A DNA stretch of 57,053 bases, the filler included, from Sphacelaria rigidula (lineage: Eukaryota), in the NCBI GenBank assembly GCA_964200075.2. It is 7 parts of 7 records of this genome, joined end to end, with 100 filler letters (N's around TTAATTAATTAA, not from the genome) between each part and the next. Parts side by side here need not be neighbours in the genome. Positions count along the whole stretch, not along the records: positions 1 to 8,065 come from CAXNAA020012429.1; positions 8,166 to 16,230 come from CAXNAA020012430.1; 5 more parts are not named here. The stretch is one strand, 5' to 3'. The position numbers were made by a program, and so were the translations under genes. This document shows positions 1-12,000 of this stretch, piece by piece; the first letter of the stretch is position 1, and every line of letters starts with the position of its first letter. The notes beneath the pieces are model-generated. The model made no database searches. It was not told the origin of the DNA and worked only from the letters and a program-made list of their open reading frames with translations.

Positions 1-148
1 CCAAACGGTGTCAGGCAGTATGGATGAGCGTCATTGATCCACAACAAGCTTGTTCAAACAACCGTTGCTGCTTTCAACGACAATCTGACTCGAAATTTCG
101 AGCAACAAGTGGCCCAAAATACCCCCCCCCCCTATCGTAAGATGACTC
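1..148 (-). mobile_element. Partial copy of a short TIR element (MITE) with terminus GAGTCAYCYTACGATAG(G)nTATTT
   Basis: 1-148 is a diverged reverse complement of about 56758-56905 and ends in AAATAC(C)nTATCGTAAGATGACTC. Confidence 0.75.
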
Positions 149-470
149 ACCACGATTAAAGTGGCTACTTTGGGAAATCCTTCCAAACTCGTGACCGTTT
201 CGGTGTCATTCTCGTGAATCCTTCCCGGCAGTATCAAGGCAGCGGTGATGAGTACAGGTATACTTTTGGGAATCTTGACTAATCAAAAGTATCAAGCGAA
301 CGGTGGTGAATCTGTGAAGTCTTCACGAAACCATCACCGTTTCGGTGACGGTATTGCGAATCCTCAACGGAATGATCATCGCACCGGTGTTCACCGTGAA
401 TTCGGATTCATCAAAAATATCGCGGAAAACTTCACAAAACAATCACCGAAACGATGACATTTGTGGAAAT

Positions 471-697
471 TGGGACGCCAGCAGGTTGCTAGTACTGCAA
501 CGTCTAATGCTGTTGAGGAACTCCCCAGTTTCACTGGCCTCAGGTTTCAGTTGTTAGCCCTCACAACACCTTTTATTATCCTGGAGTGCCTCCCAGGCAC
601 CTACGCTCCATGAAACACATCAGGGTATCACCACTGTGTCCATATCATCATCGATATCATCACTATACACTCAACGTGACCGCGTGATTTCGTCACA
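471..697 (-). repeat. 3' LTR (227 bp)
   Basis: Direct repeat of 6123-6381. Adjacent 698-710 reads GCTTTGGGGGTGC on the minus strand, a PPT-like tract. Confidence 0.92.
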
Positions 698-776
698 GCA
701 CCCCCAAAGCGCGTTGGACGAGAATCGAGCAACAAGCTTGACAATCAGAAAAGTAACACTAAAACGATTGAGCAAG

Positions 777-3700
777 TCACAACTGGATACCAAACTCATG
801 CGTAATGCGAGCAGCAATGGAACGAGTCACTCGCACCTTACGCAACTCCTTCTTCAGAAATTCCGGAGCGGCCTCAGAAATATTTTCAAAACGCTCCCAC
901 GTACGCTTCTCGACTTCAAAACCAACCCAGTCGATCAATACGATCAACGAACGATCCTCTGCCTCTGCCACGCGAACAATCACAGCCATCTGAAATTGCA
1001 CCTGGATGAAAGCGTGCTGAAACACATCACGTCTGCCGTTACAATAAGCTGCGAGTCTGCATAAAAACGCAGACGAGATACATGGGCGGTCTGACCCGAA
1101 ACAATATTCTGCATCTCAAACACATACGAGTGATGAGCACCAACCACTCCCCACCAACCAGTCCACGTCGCCATCAACTTAGCCGTAACTCCCGGGCGAC
1201 GCACGCGTGCATACAAAACATAATCGCCTACCTCGGAATTCGGCAATTCCAGCCCCGTTCAGCGGCAACACGCTCCTGCACTTGAACGTGGAAACGTTCC
1301 TGCAACTCCGGAACTCCTTCCAACGCACGCTTCAGTTGCTCATCGTTTAAGACATCACAGTTCCACTCCCCTGCCGATGAGGACGCCAACACCGAGAAAG
1401 ACGTCCGAGGTGCACGACCAAACATCACGTGACACGGCGTACTATCGTACCGACGGCGATACACTGTATTTAGCGCCCATTGCACAGCGGGCAACACGTC
1501 CCCCGACTTGGTCACCTCTCGACGCTGCTCGAGAAGAATAGATCGAAGAGCACGAGCTACTTCCTTGACCATGCGTTCGCACGTACCGTTAGACCACGGA
1601 GAATATGCCGTCGCCAACCGGTGATCAACGTGCAATGCCTCTCGCAAGCGGGTCACGATCGTGTTCTTGATATGCGTGGCGATATCACCCCACACACCCG
1701 GTACTCCCAAAGTTTTGCACCAATTCAGCAAAGATGCGGCGGTCGATTCAGCAGTACACGCTGCTACTGGTTCGAGAGCCACAAAGTTGCTCAAATCATC
1801 CATGATTACCAAAATGTATCGAAATCCAGCATCCTCCGACAAGCCTTGGAAAGCTAGCGGGCCAGTCTCGCCCACGTACAAGAAGTCAAAATGAACGACT
1901 TCACTCGGCGTGGTCCCGTGGGCCGTTTCGCCGAGCGGGCGGGGAACAACATCATCCGCCTTCGACTCAGGTGAAGACACTGTCGGACAAACTCGCGCAC
2001 CTGAGTTTCCATTCCCTGTCAAACACAAAGCTCTTGCAAGCGCACGAGCGTCGCAGCCACACCGCGACGCCCGGCATCGCGCATGTGCGCAAAAATAATC
2101 AAATAATAATATAATACAAAAATAATCATAATAATATGTGCAATTGTTTGTCAGAGCTGGGAATCTACAACACGTTTCGGCCACGTACATGCACACGAAA
2201 CAGACCTTCATTGTGTCCAAAATTGCAGTACCAACGCCCGACTCGAAAGATTGCACATCCGCATCAGTGCCCCCAAGTTCTTTCCGTTGAGCTTGGCGGA
2301 CCACAGATTTCGACGGCATCGAATGATCCGCTTCACACGGACCAGATACAGTCACAGCTCGCGCGGGCAAAGTGGGAATATTTACCCGGCGCGACAGCAA
2401 GTCATCCCACGCGTCACGTTCACCCGAAATATGACAAATCGTGTACCGATACTGGCCTAATACACCTTTCCACCCCTCCAATTGCTGTGCCAATGCCTTC
2501 GACACAGACATCACGCATGCCTTCGGGTTGAAAATGTACGTTAGATTGCGGTGATCCGTGAAAATGTGCACGCCATTCCACAATAGATGCTTGAGACGAC
2601 GAAAAGTGCTCACGATAGCAAAGCCTTCCTTGTCAATGGTTGCCCAATGCATCTGTGAACCCTTGAAATTACCACTTAGAAAAGCCAGCGGTTCATGCAT
2701 CATGTCTTCAACCGGCAACCGTTGTTACGTTTCTGCATCAGGCACCTGCGCTACAAAACTACCCCAATGACACTCGGATGCACCCGGAAACATCAGCACC
2801 TGGCAACCGGGGCGGGGATGGAACAGCGTCACGGCATGAGCCACCAGATCCTTCGCTTCCGCCCATGCTTGCAGCCTGTCCTCCGTCCACGAGGGGGGCG
2901 GTATAACGCGGTTTTGTCCACCTGCTCCGTGCGCCTTGCAGCCCCCATCATGGGGTCTTCTAGGAGAACGCAAAAGGGCGCCACTACTTTGGCCATACGT
3001 GGCAACGAGGTACGCAGCCAGTTCATTGCGTGCAGGAATTGCATCAGTTCTGCTACTGTTTCTAGGCGCCGCATGTCAGACAAACTTCGCAAGCGGACCG
3101 GGTCATGCGAGACGCGGCCGTGTGAAAATACTTTCCCACACCACACTAATTCACTAGCAAAAAAGGTACACTTGTGGGCAGCTGCAAACATACCAACATT
3201 CTCTACAGGAGCCAAGATTACATCAAGCGTATCCAACAGTTCGTCTTCCGTATCCGCCAAGAAAAAGACATCATCCACCCAGATCTTGCATTTCAAGCCA
3301 TCTAAAAGGTCAACCATGACATCTTGAAATAGGAAGTAGCACTCAACACGCCTTGCGGTACTCGTTTCGGGGTAAACATGCCAAACAGAGTCGTGATGGT
3401 GAATATCTCTTGCGTCTCTTCGGCCGACGGCATCTGCCAGTACCCCTGTAGGAGGTCCAACTTATCGAAGCATCGAGCACTCAACAGGTCTATCATGTCG
3501 GATTCCTGATTGGGCATGACACCCGGCGACTTCTCCACCTGATCATTGACGGCTCCGTAATCGCTGACAAGACGGAAAGAGTCCTCCTTCGGCACCGCAA
3601 TCGCTGGACTAGAGCACACCGCCTGAAAATTCCTAAACACCAACCCAAACGCCACAAGAGCTCCCATGCAAGAAGCTAACCAACTGGACTTGACCGGATC

Positions 3701-5819
3701 ATACCTCCTTGGTTTTGCCTTCACCGCGGCCGCCCCTGACTTCAGTGTAACCCTCATGGGTTCCACGCGCGCAGGGGGATCATCCATCAGCGCACGACGA
3801 AACGCGTTAACGTGGCGATACAATATGCCACGCAAGCACTCCACTTCCGAGACGTTGGGGCCATTTGGCACAGCATCCGTCACGCTTTCCTCCAGCGCAG
3901 CCATTCGCGCGGACTCCTCTTCTGCCGGCTCCATAAACATATCGGGGCCACGCTGCACTAAGCGTTCCACCGCTTCATCCCGCTCCTCGGACACCTACCC
4001 ACCCGCCTCCTGGAGAGCATCAACCGACAAGCTCACTCTGCGACCGGCCAAAATAGCAGGCGTCTCGACACTCGAACCGGGCGACGGCATTTGCGTTTTT
4101 AGGGACTCTAGCAACCCGAAACGTCGGTAAGCCCAACAGAACGACACCATCCGTCCCCGGCATGATCGCAAACGATATCGGGGGTAGGTTCGCTGGCCCC
4201 CAGGTCGTCCTGAACGCCAACTGTGGGGGAATCGTACGCTCCGTGTCATTTACACGTTGCCCCGTTGCGGTGATGGCCTGCCGCGCCCCGAGCGACAACG
4301 AAATGCGGATTGGCTCACCAGGGAATGGACCCTTCAGCATCTCCACAATCAGCACCGACACGCTCGTGAAATGGGCGCCTGAATCCAACACAGCGTTGAC
4401 CGATATGGCGCCCAGCGCCCGTTGATTTGGGAGATATAACTCTGAAGGAATATATATATTTTCTTGATACTCGACCGGCACCTGCTCCGCCGACTGATTT
4501 GTCATGATCTCCACTTGGCGCCACGGCTGCGCGTGCGGCGTAGGCATAGTCGCCCCCGCTGGGGTAACCGGCACCGCCGGCGGATACGAAGCCCCGCCCG
4601 CAGAACCAAATTTCAGCGGTACTCCGGCAGACGCCGCAGCGGATCCAAATTTCAGCTGAAATCCGGCCGGCTCAGCAGCTGGCGTCTCGCCTTGCTCTGC
4701 TGTCGGCGGCGCCAGCACCGAGTCCGACACTTGAGTGGTCGGTCCCACCTGCATCGCCCGTTGCGGAGCAGCAGCCCTCGCGGCTGAGCCGCACCCAGAA
4801 CCGGAACCCTGCTGACGCCGCTGACGCCGCTGACGCCGCTGACGCCGCTGACGCCGCTGACGCCGCTGCCCCTGCTGCTGCTGCTGGGAACTCGACTGCA
4901 CACCCCCACCGCTGGAGGATCCGCCTCCACCACCACCCCGATTAGCTTTTTCTGCTTTGTGACTGCGAGGGCGCGCGGCACTTGTCTGCCCAGACTCCCC
5001 CTAGGAAGGCGTTGGGCACTTGCGTGCGTGGTGGTCTATTTGGCCACACTCAAAGCAAGTGATGCTGGCGGCGGCACTGCCTGCGGATTTTGATCCGCGA
5101 TTACGCGAGCTCGAAGACTGCGGCGACGAAGTGCATGATTTCCCGAATACTTCAATCTTCCGCTATGCCTGAGCCTCAGCCACCACGGTATCCATAACTA
5201 AGTACAGGTCTGACTTCCAACTGGTTTCGTGCTGTAATTGCACAAGCACGGCCTGCTTGAATTCCGCCGGTGCCAGACCCTCCACCATCGCTTTCGTGAT
5301 CACCGCAGCGGGCCCTGGACCGAATCTCCCATCGGAGGAACGATAAACCATCTCGACGTTGGGATATTCGGAAAAACATGTCTCCAACTTTCCAATGGTC
5401 GGCTCTATCCTCTCACGCATGGCCTTCACCTTGTGGTGAATGGCGACAGCCTTCGCCACGGCCGCGGACGCCTTGGTTAGCTCCACCTCGGCGTCCGCGG
5501 CATGCCCTGCATGCTTCTTGATCGCTGCAGCCAATTGCAGCGGTGTTATTGTGTTCTCCTCGTGGAATCTTTTCGCTAAAACGCGTTGGAGGGGGGTAGG
5601 CACGAGCTGCGGCATGGAGACGATCTGATACCTTACCACACCCCCTGCATTCGCATGCTCCACCCGCTTCTTGTATTCCATATATTTCGTATAAAACGAA
5701 CGAGAGGCACACTCAGAATACAAATTCCCGTAGCTGGGAGGCCGCAACGTTTCTCTCAGAACAACTGGGGTACTGGTCGTCTCCGCTGGCTCTTCGGTCG
5801 GTACCTCTGTAGTCGACAT
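777..5819 (-). pseudogene. gag-pol polyprotein broken by frameshifts and stops
   Basis: Domains are split over ORFs 5163-5819 (gag), 4020-4901 (PR), 3302-3994 and 2829-3317 (RT), 2725-2973 and 1228-2718 (RH/IN), 980-1246 and 777-1025 (IN C-terminus and chromodomain). Confidence 0.9.
4811..4868. repeat. 9-bp minisatellite (GCTGACGCC)x6
   Basis: Directly visible; reads (QRR)n on the minus strand between the gag knuckle and the protease. Confidence 0.95.
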
Positions 5820-6122
5820 TCCTGAGCGGACCTAATCGAAGGCTTCTGAACCTTCTCAAACTCCACAATTCACACCTGCCTTCGTTGCCGCACCACACAG
5901 CCGTGGGACCCTGTAAACTCCCGCTGCACGCAGCTCCAGCAAGTCTTCAGTCTGGATCAATCACGGGCCAGTCACCTTTGCAGCTACCCCAGCTTGAACC
6001 CTCCTCACGCGTCCGTGAAGCAATATGCCCGAAGCTGTCCAGACTCCTCTCTAGTGAAAATGTTCCAGCAGTCACTAACGATAGCACTACTACTAGCACG
6101 ACTAGCACACTAATATCGATAT

Positions 6123-6381
6123 TGTGACGCCAGCAGGTTGCTAGTACTGCATCACCTAATGCTGTTGAGGAACTCCCGAGTTTTACTGGCCTCAGGTTTC
6201 AGTTGTTAGCCTTCACAACACCTTTTATTTTCCTGGAGTGCCTCCCAGGCACATACGCTCCATAACCCACATCATCAGGGTATCACCCCTGTGTCCATGT
6301 CATCATCCATATCACTACATATCCCAAGTCATCATCGATATCATCACTATACACTCAACGTGACGGCGTGATTTCGTCACA
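6123..6381 (-). repeat. 5' LTR (259 bp)
   Basis: Begins TGTGACG and ends CGTCACA. Manual alignment to 471-697 gives about 15 substitutions plus 3 bp and 29 bp indels. Confidence 0.92.
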
Positions 6382-6396
6382 GAGTTCTACACGGAG

Positions 6397-6811
6397 CAGC
6401 CTGGATCCGTTTTTGAGGTTCAACATTCGAGGGAGGTTCAACTCGAAAACAGTGCTTTCCCTGACCCAAAGTCACGACCAATGGATTTCATTCGGACGAC
6501 CTCATGCCCCCCGACCTCCTCAAAACGGTTTTTGGGGGCTGCCCGTCTTCCGTGCCCGCAAAGCGTGTATGTGAAAGCACCAATTTCGGGCTAAAAACGT
6601 CCCCCTCTTTCGCCCCGATATCGAGGCAAAAAGGTGATTTCGCACATGCGCTTTGGGGGTAAGGAAGACGAGCAGCCCCCAAATATGAAAGGAGGTCGGG
6701 GGGCATGAGGCCGTCCATATGAAAGTCTTGATCATGACTTTGGGTCAGGGCAAGCACTGTTTTTGAGTCGAACCTCACCCAGATGTTGGACTCAAAAACG
6801 GATCCAGGCTG
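6397..6811. mobile_element. Foldback/MITE element, nearly fully palindromic (415 bp)
   Basis: Ends CAGCCTGGATCCGTTTTTGAG ... CTCAAAAACGGATCCAGGCTG. Imperfect inverted arms continue for about 190 bp (e.g. CTGACCCAAAGTCA/TGACTTTGGGTCAG, CCTCATGCCCCCCGACCTCCT/AGGAGGTCGGGGGGCATGAGG). Confidence 0.85.
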
Positions 6812-7589
6812 TTACGGGAAGATAACGCAACGGTAATAGTTTTGGGAATCATTTTGTTAGTCTGAATTTATCAACTACCTCACAGTAGCAGTGACTATTA
6901 TTGCCAAATTCTGCACAGAAATATCAGCGAAATTGTGACATGTTCGTGAATGCTTCACATGGTATCACCGAAACGATAGAATATTCGTGCGCTTTTAGAA
7001 TGATCAACGTAAAGGTGATGGTCGTGAATCAGGATTCACAAAAAGCATCACGGGAACGGTGTTTGTTCAGTGAATTCTTCACACAAAAACGGAAGCGTTG
7101 GTGAGTGTGTGAATTTCGATTCACCAAACTATCACAAGAAGGGTAGACTCTGATTTTTTCGCAAAACGATCGCTGTTCCAGCGACATCTGGGCGAACTGT
7201 GGACAGAATGATAACTGCAACGATATCACTTGTTGTGTGAATCATTTCGCGAATCCAGATGCATCAAAAGTATCTTGGGAACGGTGAACTGTCCGTGAGT
7301 TCTTCGATGACAGTGTTGTGATTTTTTCACCAAATGATCAGCGCAACAGTGATATTTGTGAATCCAGATACAGAAAAGTATAATGGAAACGAGTAACGTT
7401 TCTTGAGTTCTTCGCCGCATGGCCACAGAAATAGCTGTGAGTGTGTGAATCACAGGACGGCACAGGGGATGCAGTATGGAACGGGGCTCATTGGGTAATA
7501 CATCGGAATAGGCCGATTTGGCCTGTCTCGTCTCATCCTTTGCCTCACAGACGAGAGCCCTATTATAGTCCGAGTTTCAAATATTGGAC

Positions 7590-7995
7590 TCTCCATGCTA
7601 AGTTTCGAATGAGTCCGAGAGCCCGCTTCTCCATGAAAACCCCCCTGAAAGAAAGAAGTTAAAAAACAGACAAACAACGAAAACAAGCTGTTTTTTTTCA
7701 TGATGCACGAGCGATTCTCCGTACGAAATCTCAAAGCACAGCTGTCAAAGCCTGAGACGCGATATCCAGATTTCGTGCATTTAGTGCCTCTGCTCGTTAC
7801 ACATCGATTTAGTATGGAACCGTATGTACGCCATATCTCTCGATATATAACGAATACGGCGAAGATGAGGGTATCGATCGTTTCCCTGTGCTTTGGGGAA
7901 TGACCACACCAAAAATCGTCATTTTCTCCTGTATATATCCTACGGGATTTTATATAGATTTTAGTACAGGCGCTATCGCTGTACGGTATAGGAAT
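7590..7995 (+). repeat. Dispersed repeat, copy 1 (copy 2 at about 31542-32002)
   Basis: Collinear shared blocks (CTCCATGC.AAGTTT, TGAGACGCGA, CTCTGCTCGT, CCACACCAAAAAT, ATATAGATTTTAGT, GTACGGTATAGGAAT) with a common right boundary. Confidence 0.8.
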
Positions 7996-8233
7996 TGTAA
8001 TGTCTCACCTGTCTTTTCCTGGTTCTTGTCCTTTCTTATCTTCTCTCTTCCTTTCTTTCGGTGTANNNNNNNNNNNNNNNNNNNNNNNNNNNNNNNNNNN
8101 NNNNNNNNNTTAATTAATTAANNNNNNNNNNNNNNNNNNNNNNNNNNNNNNNNNNNNNNNNNNNNCGCACCTCGGCACTTCGCGCTCGATGGTTTGGGGG
8201 CGAGCCCCTTCCGCCGAAAACCCGGCGTGCTCC

Positions 8234-8495
8234 GTCCCGGCTTTGTAAGGGTGCGAGGTCAATGGTCTGATTCCTATGGCATGCATGATCATGAGTACCC
8301 CCATACCCCCCCGGATGTATCGAAGGTTTACCCCGGATATGTCGAAGGTTTTTGTGTAATGTATGAAAGAAACGTGATGAGCACCTAAATGTTGAAGGTG
8401 TCTCTATTAGGACTGTGCTCAGTCTCAAAAGGGATGCATGGTCAATGGTCAAACGACCAAGGCAAGCAACAAATAAGTAGCCCCCCCCCCCCCGG
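8234..8495 (+). repeat. Dispersed repeat family with GGTCAATGGTC core followed by C-runs (also about 24496-24580 and 49080-49160)
   Basis: GCGAGGTCAATGGTC...CTATGGCATGCATGATCATGAGT(C)n recurs near 24510. TGGTCAATGGTCA.ACGAC..AGGCAAGCAACAA.TAAGTA recurs near 49100. Copies sit next to assembly gaps. Confidence 0.75.
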
Positions 8496-9003
8496 ACACT
8501 TGTGGCATGCGGGATGAAGCAATCTCGCGGTATTGTCATGTCCCATGGAACCCGAGCTGTTAGTGAACCCGCGATGCTGCTGTTGATCCCCTGAGCTGTT
8601 GTCTCCGTGTGAAATAGCCAATCGAACTTCGGTGTGATATCCCCGAGTGCTTTCGATCAAGCACTGCGGACGCGGCTTATACCATCTGCACCTTCGATAT
8701 CGTGCTTGTTTTTTTTACATCTTGCTGGTTTTGGACGAGATCACGTCCTCGTCGTGCAGATCGTGCAGAGGAATTTTGGACGAAGCAGTATTATTCCAAG
8801 ACACGTTTTTTTATTATTGTGATTCGCCCGCTGCTTTTCAAGTGACAGTCCGTTTTTTTCGGTGTCAAACGGCACGCGAAGTAGCCCTCAACGCTGTAGA
8901 ACCGCAGTGAATATCTGTACCTACGAAACCACCAAACGCACAGGCAATGAAGCCTTCCCATCGAAGAATATCTAGCGACCTCGTGTGTTGGCACATGTTC
9001 CAG

Positions 9004-12000
9004 GGTGCGCTGGGCTTAGTGACGCGGTTGGCGACCGCTTTGCAGCCCTCTGCGAGGGCTGCTGGCGATGGCAAGAGCAACGACGGGGCGACGTCAGAGG
9101 AAGAGGAGGAGAGCGAGGCGGGAGGGAACAGGGGCATGAGAGACGCAGTGCTGGCAGCGGCTAGACACGTTAGTGGTGGGTTTTGACGTCTACTGCGACG
9201 TGACTGTAAAAAGTGGAGCAGGTGTGGTTCGTGCCCGCACATGGGCCGCCGCATGGATAAAGCGTTGTGTGCCATCCTTATGAGGAGGGCTGGCTATCTC
9301 AGAGCACGATCGCAAAAATATCGAACCTTGACGGATGTCTGTTTCATACAGTGGAACCCCTCCTCCCTCGTCTTTACATGTTTGCAAGAGATGAAAAGTA
9401 CAAAAGTGACAGCGCTCCGTCGTGACGCCCCCTCCGTGCGACGCGTTGACACGCGCGGATTTCGGCCGCGCTGCTCGCACTTTTTGCATCCAGGCGTCCG
9501 CGGCATGAAAGTTCACGAATGCTAGAAAGTTTTACGAAGGCCAGTACGTATCCTTCGCCCGGGGTTCGACTTACATTATTGACGCTGTTGGACATTGTTG
9601 CGTTTCTGTGGTTGTGTTGTTGGGATTTGCTGCAGCAATGGAGGAGCTCGTGGCAAACCAGAATAACACCAACACTTCGGCGCTCCTGGTAGCGCACAAC
9701 GCACTCGCCAAGCTGCTGAAGAGCCGCTGGCAGTGGCTGATCGGGGGTGTTCTGGACGCGCCTCGGCTTCTCGCTCAGCTGAGCGCTATATATCGCGACG
9801 GCCTCAGCCAGGCATGCAACCCAGCACCCCAGAATATGTTTCGAGCCGAAGGCACCCACCTGTGAAGGAAAAAAAATAACTGGGGTGGTGTGTTTCTCTC
9901 TTTGGCAGGGCTGGATTAGGATATTCCGAGCAGGCCGAGGTGCTTATGGACTACGGTAATTTTCGTTCATGTACCTGCTCGCGGCCTTTCTGCATCGAAT
10001 GTTGGATGCCAGTGGCTCTCCCAGTGTTAGCGCGCGGTTGCGTGACGTGTCGTCAGCCGGCTATTTTCGCCCTGCTGTAAGGGGTAGGTAGCATTAGCAG
10101 ATGCGAGAGTACAGAGGGGGTCCCGTCATAATACGGTGCATCGCCAGCACGGCATTATGCTGCGATCCCGTACTATGCTGGTACCGGTATAGTGCAATTA
10201 CTCGATGCTAGTACGGCGGATCGAACCAGTGAAAGTCACTTTGATCGCACTGTGGTAGGAGCCCCGTTGTAATAAGCACAACCGGGGTCCAAACTGCTGT
10301 CTCGAGGGGGAGGAGGTTGCTGAAGTCACAGGTATGGCTTGTGTGATGAGTGAAAGACCCATGGTTCACGTTGTACCAGCATGTCGATTTTTTTGAACTC
10401 GGATGAAAACAGTCATTGTGAGACTTCGACATGTTTAGGTCACCGCACATCGATTTGTTACCCTTATCCCGTCCCACCCTTTCCTTTCCCACACTCCTAC
10501 CGTCATGTCTTGCACCCTTCATGCGCTAAAATACGTAGTTGAAGGTGGAGCTTGCTGAGGGAGCTACTCGGCGAGCAGGGGGTTCTTTGCCCCACGGGGC
10601 GGAAGACAGGTCTGCGGCGGCTGCGGCTGCGGCAACCGCGGAAACGGCGCGCCTCAAGAAGTACGGGAAGCTTTTGGCGACGTTCGGCGCGCGTATGTCG
10701 TGTCTATTGAGACATCTGGGACCGGAGTGTGCCCCTGGAGATAGACGCCAAGCTTTCAGGCTGTTCGCGCAGGTGAAGCTTTTGTTTTGTTGTTGGTTCC
10801 AGAGGACAGAACATAGCGAGGAGAGCATGAATGGTGGTGCAACCGTTCCTTCTCGCAGGTAAAAATCGCGAGGCTTGTGCATCATAAATTATACTGTGTT
10901 GCGTCGTATGGTATACAGTAGTAGCTTGACCTACATGGGAGTCCGGCCTTTATGAGTGACCGCACCCATCCTTCATGTGCCCTCGTACCACTGCACTTGT
11001 GACTAACGTTAGTATCGAGCTGTTCCCATAGTGCTATGTACAAGTGCTATTATCGGTTCTACTGCTGTGCGGGTGGTTGCTATGAACACTTTTTTAATCC
11101 TTTCTCTTCGCACATGAGGATTTCCCCCCCCCAAACGTCTAACAAGGGTAGTTGGTTTTTCTCCTCCCCGGCCGTTCGCCCCAGCCTTCTCTTGCTTCTC
11201 GTTATGTGTTCTCATTCCATTTGTTATCACGCCGCTACGTACCAGGCCGTTGCCGGAGTCTACCCCGGCTTGGTAGAAGCCAAAACGGCTGGACGCGGGG
11301 GAGAGGCTTCTCCCTCGTCCTTGGCTGGAATAGTGGCCGATGTAGTGTACCCGAGAGCGGTCGAAGCGTTTCTATCGGCAGCGGGGCCTTCCCCGTGCTG
11401 GCCCAACGAGCACGACTGTGACGACGACACCAAAACGGCAGGATTTGTGGATAATGCGGGCAGCTCAGCGAGCTCAACGACAGGAGTAAAATCAGTCAAT
11501 GATATTTCGCAAACCGCAGCCGTTGCTCGGAACAAAATTGGGGAGGATGGTATGGGCGGCGGTGACGGCGGTTGTGGGGTGGACAGTAGTAGGTGTCGAT
11601 GCTATCATAGCAGTGCTGGTGTCGCGGCGATGCTGGAGCCCGCGAGGCGAGGGGTTTCATGCAAGCGTCAGAGGACGAAGCAACACGACCCATGGGATGC
11701 TTTCGAGGCGTTGCGCCCGGAACAACAGCCGCCTCAACCCCCGTTGTCGAAGAACCCTGGCGGTAACGGGGGAAGCAGGAGCGCCTTCGCCGCCGCAGTT
11801 GTCGCGGAGGATTCCGAAGCGTCGGGTATCGGCGCCGTTTTGCTGCTGTGCGAGGCCCTGAGCTGCGAGGAAACGCGACTGTCGAAAACTGTGAGGGCAA
11901 GACTAGGAGAGTGCTGCAGCTGGATCTTGGACCACTTGTCTTATCTTTTTCCCTCGTGGGTAGAGGCAGCTGCAGCCCCAGAGGGAGTAGGCACTGACAA

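Larger units (their letters stand above)
471..6381 (-). mobile_element. Decayed Ty3/Gypsy LTR retrotransposon with chromodomain
   Basis: Two direct LTRs (TGTGACG...CGTCACA) flank minus-strand gag, CCHC knuckle (CFECGQIDHHARKC, about 5017-5058), protease (VLDSGA), RT (LDLLQGYWQ, PQG, WVDD), RNase H (FTDHRNL), integrase (HFDF, MDDLS, SNGTCER) and chromodomain, in PR-RT-RH-IN order. Confidence 0.95.

Noticed and set aside
150..470. GTGAAT/TTCAC-rich sequence also seen at about 6815-7450, a possible host element split by the LTR insertion
   Set aside because: Shared short motifs are visible, but I could not define termini or a reliable alignment by eye.
8066..8165. TTAATTAATTAA palindrome between N-runs, recurring at about 16275, 24440, 32605, 40770 and 48934
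   Set aside because: Identical sequence always centred in N-gaps: an artificial stop-in-all-frames spacer, not biological. The near-regular spacing also means adjacency across these gaps should be treated with caution.
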